A stretch of 64,000 nt of DNA, taken from NCBI GenBank assembly GCA_965644295.1, contig CBFFRP010000239.1, positions 123,432-187,431 on the forward strand, in the 5' to 3' direction. The notes beneath the pieces were generated by a model. It saw only the letters and a program-made list of their open reading frames with translations, had not been told where the DNA came from and made no database searches. Shown here piece by piece: positions 63,559-64,000 of the stretch. Made by a program: the position numbers and the translations under genes. Numbering within the stretch: position 1 is the stretch's first letter; the number at the start of each line of letters is the position of its first letter. The stretch comes from Paraphysomonas bandaiensis (lineage: Eukaryota > Protista > Chrysophyceae).

Positions 63559-64000
63559 ATGATGAAGCTCAGGACCACCCCGTGCAGTACGCTGGCATTA
63601 GCTTGTCGACGCAAAAAGTCTTGTCGATTTCTTTCCATTGACACCAACCTCATCGTCGACAAAGAAACGTACTTTGACTTTAGACCGAAAAGAGACAAGA
63701 ACCAGACCGATTTCCTCGAGAGCTTGGCGAACTGTCGAGTTGAAGCCATTGGGGATGGCATCGATGTAATTCATATTAATAACAAGTTGGGAGTGCCATG
63801 GAAATGCTTGGGCCCACAGAAGTTGTTTGTAAGGGAGTTTTATCCTGACTTGTTGAGAGAAATAAGGAGGAATGACAGAAGTGTTCTCATTGGAAACCCT
63901 GGAATTGGCAAGTCCTTTTTCCAGTATTATTACCTGGCTCGAATACTGAATCCTTCTTTGTTCGGGCCCCTTCCACCTGACTGCTACGACTCCACCACAA
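63559..64000 (+). CDS. Crinkler (CRN/CR)-type P-loop NTPase, 3' truncated by the window edge (not in the ORF track)
   Basis: Open frame 1: KLFVREFYPDLL...VLIGNPGIGKSFFQYYYLARIL. In-frame upstream ATGs at 63463 and 63502 are also possible starts. Confidence 0.7.
   Translation, partial: MMKLRTTPCSTLALACRRKKSCRFLSIDTNLIVDKETYFDFRPKRDKNQTDFLESLANCRVEAIGDGIDVIHINNKLGVPWKCLGPQKLFVREFYPDLLREIRRNDRSVLIGNPGIGKSFFQYYYLARILNPSLFGPLPPDCYDSTT

Overview
This is compact eukaryotic (protist) nuclear DNA with the standard genetic code, short GT-AG introns (mostly 45-60 nt) and TTAGGG repeats. A stramenopile origin is my inference, from SF-assemblin, ROC-COR-TIR and Crinkler-type NTPase genes. The window holds about 17 recognisable protein genes, many in head-to-head pairs: a PIN-nuclease/DEAH-helicase fusion, TKL kinase, DBP4/DDX10, a double methyltransferase, a Kir-like channel, a secreted lectin-like protein, NhaC antiporter, SF-assemblin-like protein, USP, WDR89-like protein, ROC-COR-TIR, presenilin, a GT-like protein, a UDP-glucuronate epimerase/DUF616 fusion, F-box/LRR, an MST/Hippo-like kinase and a CRN-like NTPase, plus one tRNA-Ser(TGA). 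The most notable non-coding signal is a ~0.6 kb non-autonomous retroposon family (5 copies). It has a fixed 5' end CCCTCAAC, 14-bp target-site duplications in two copies, a 5' ~86-nt HDV-like ribozyme fold resembling the trypanosomatid L1Tc/ingi signature, an internal VNTR, and a structured 3' module shared with a second, ORF-bearing family. Copies sit downstream of genes in antisense orientation. The right end, after a (TTAGGG)4 tract, is AT-rich and carries a virus-like basic mini-ORF, nested TIR elements and a CRN-like gene. All calls come from reading the sequence by eye; no searches or folding programs were run.
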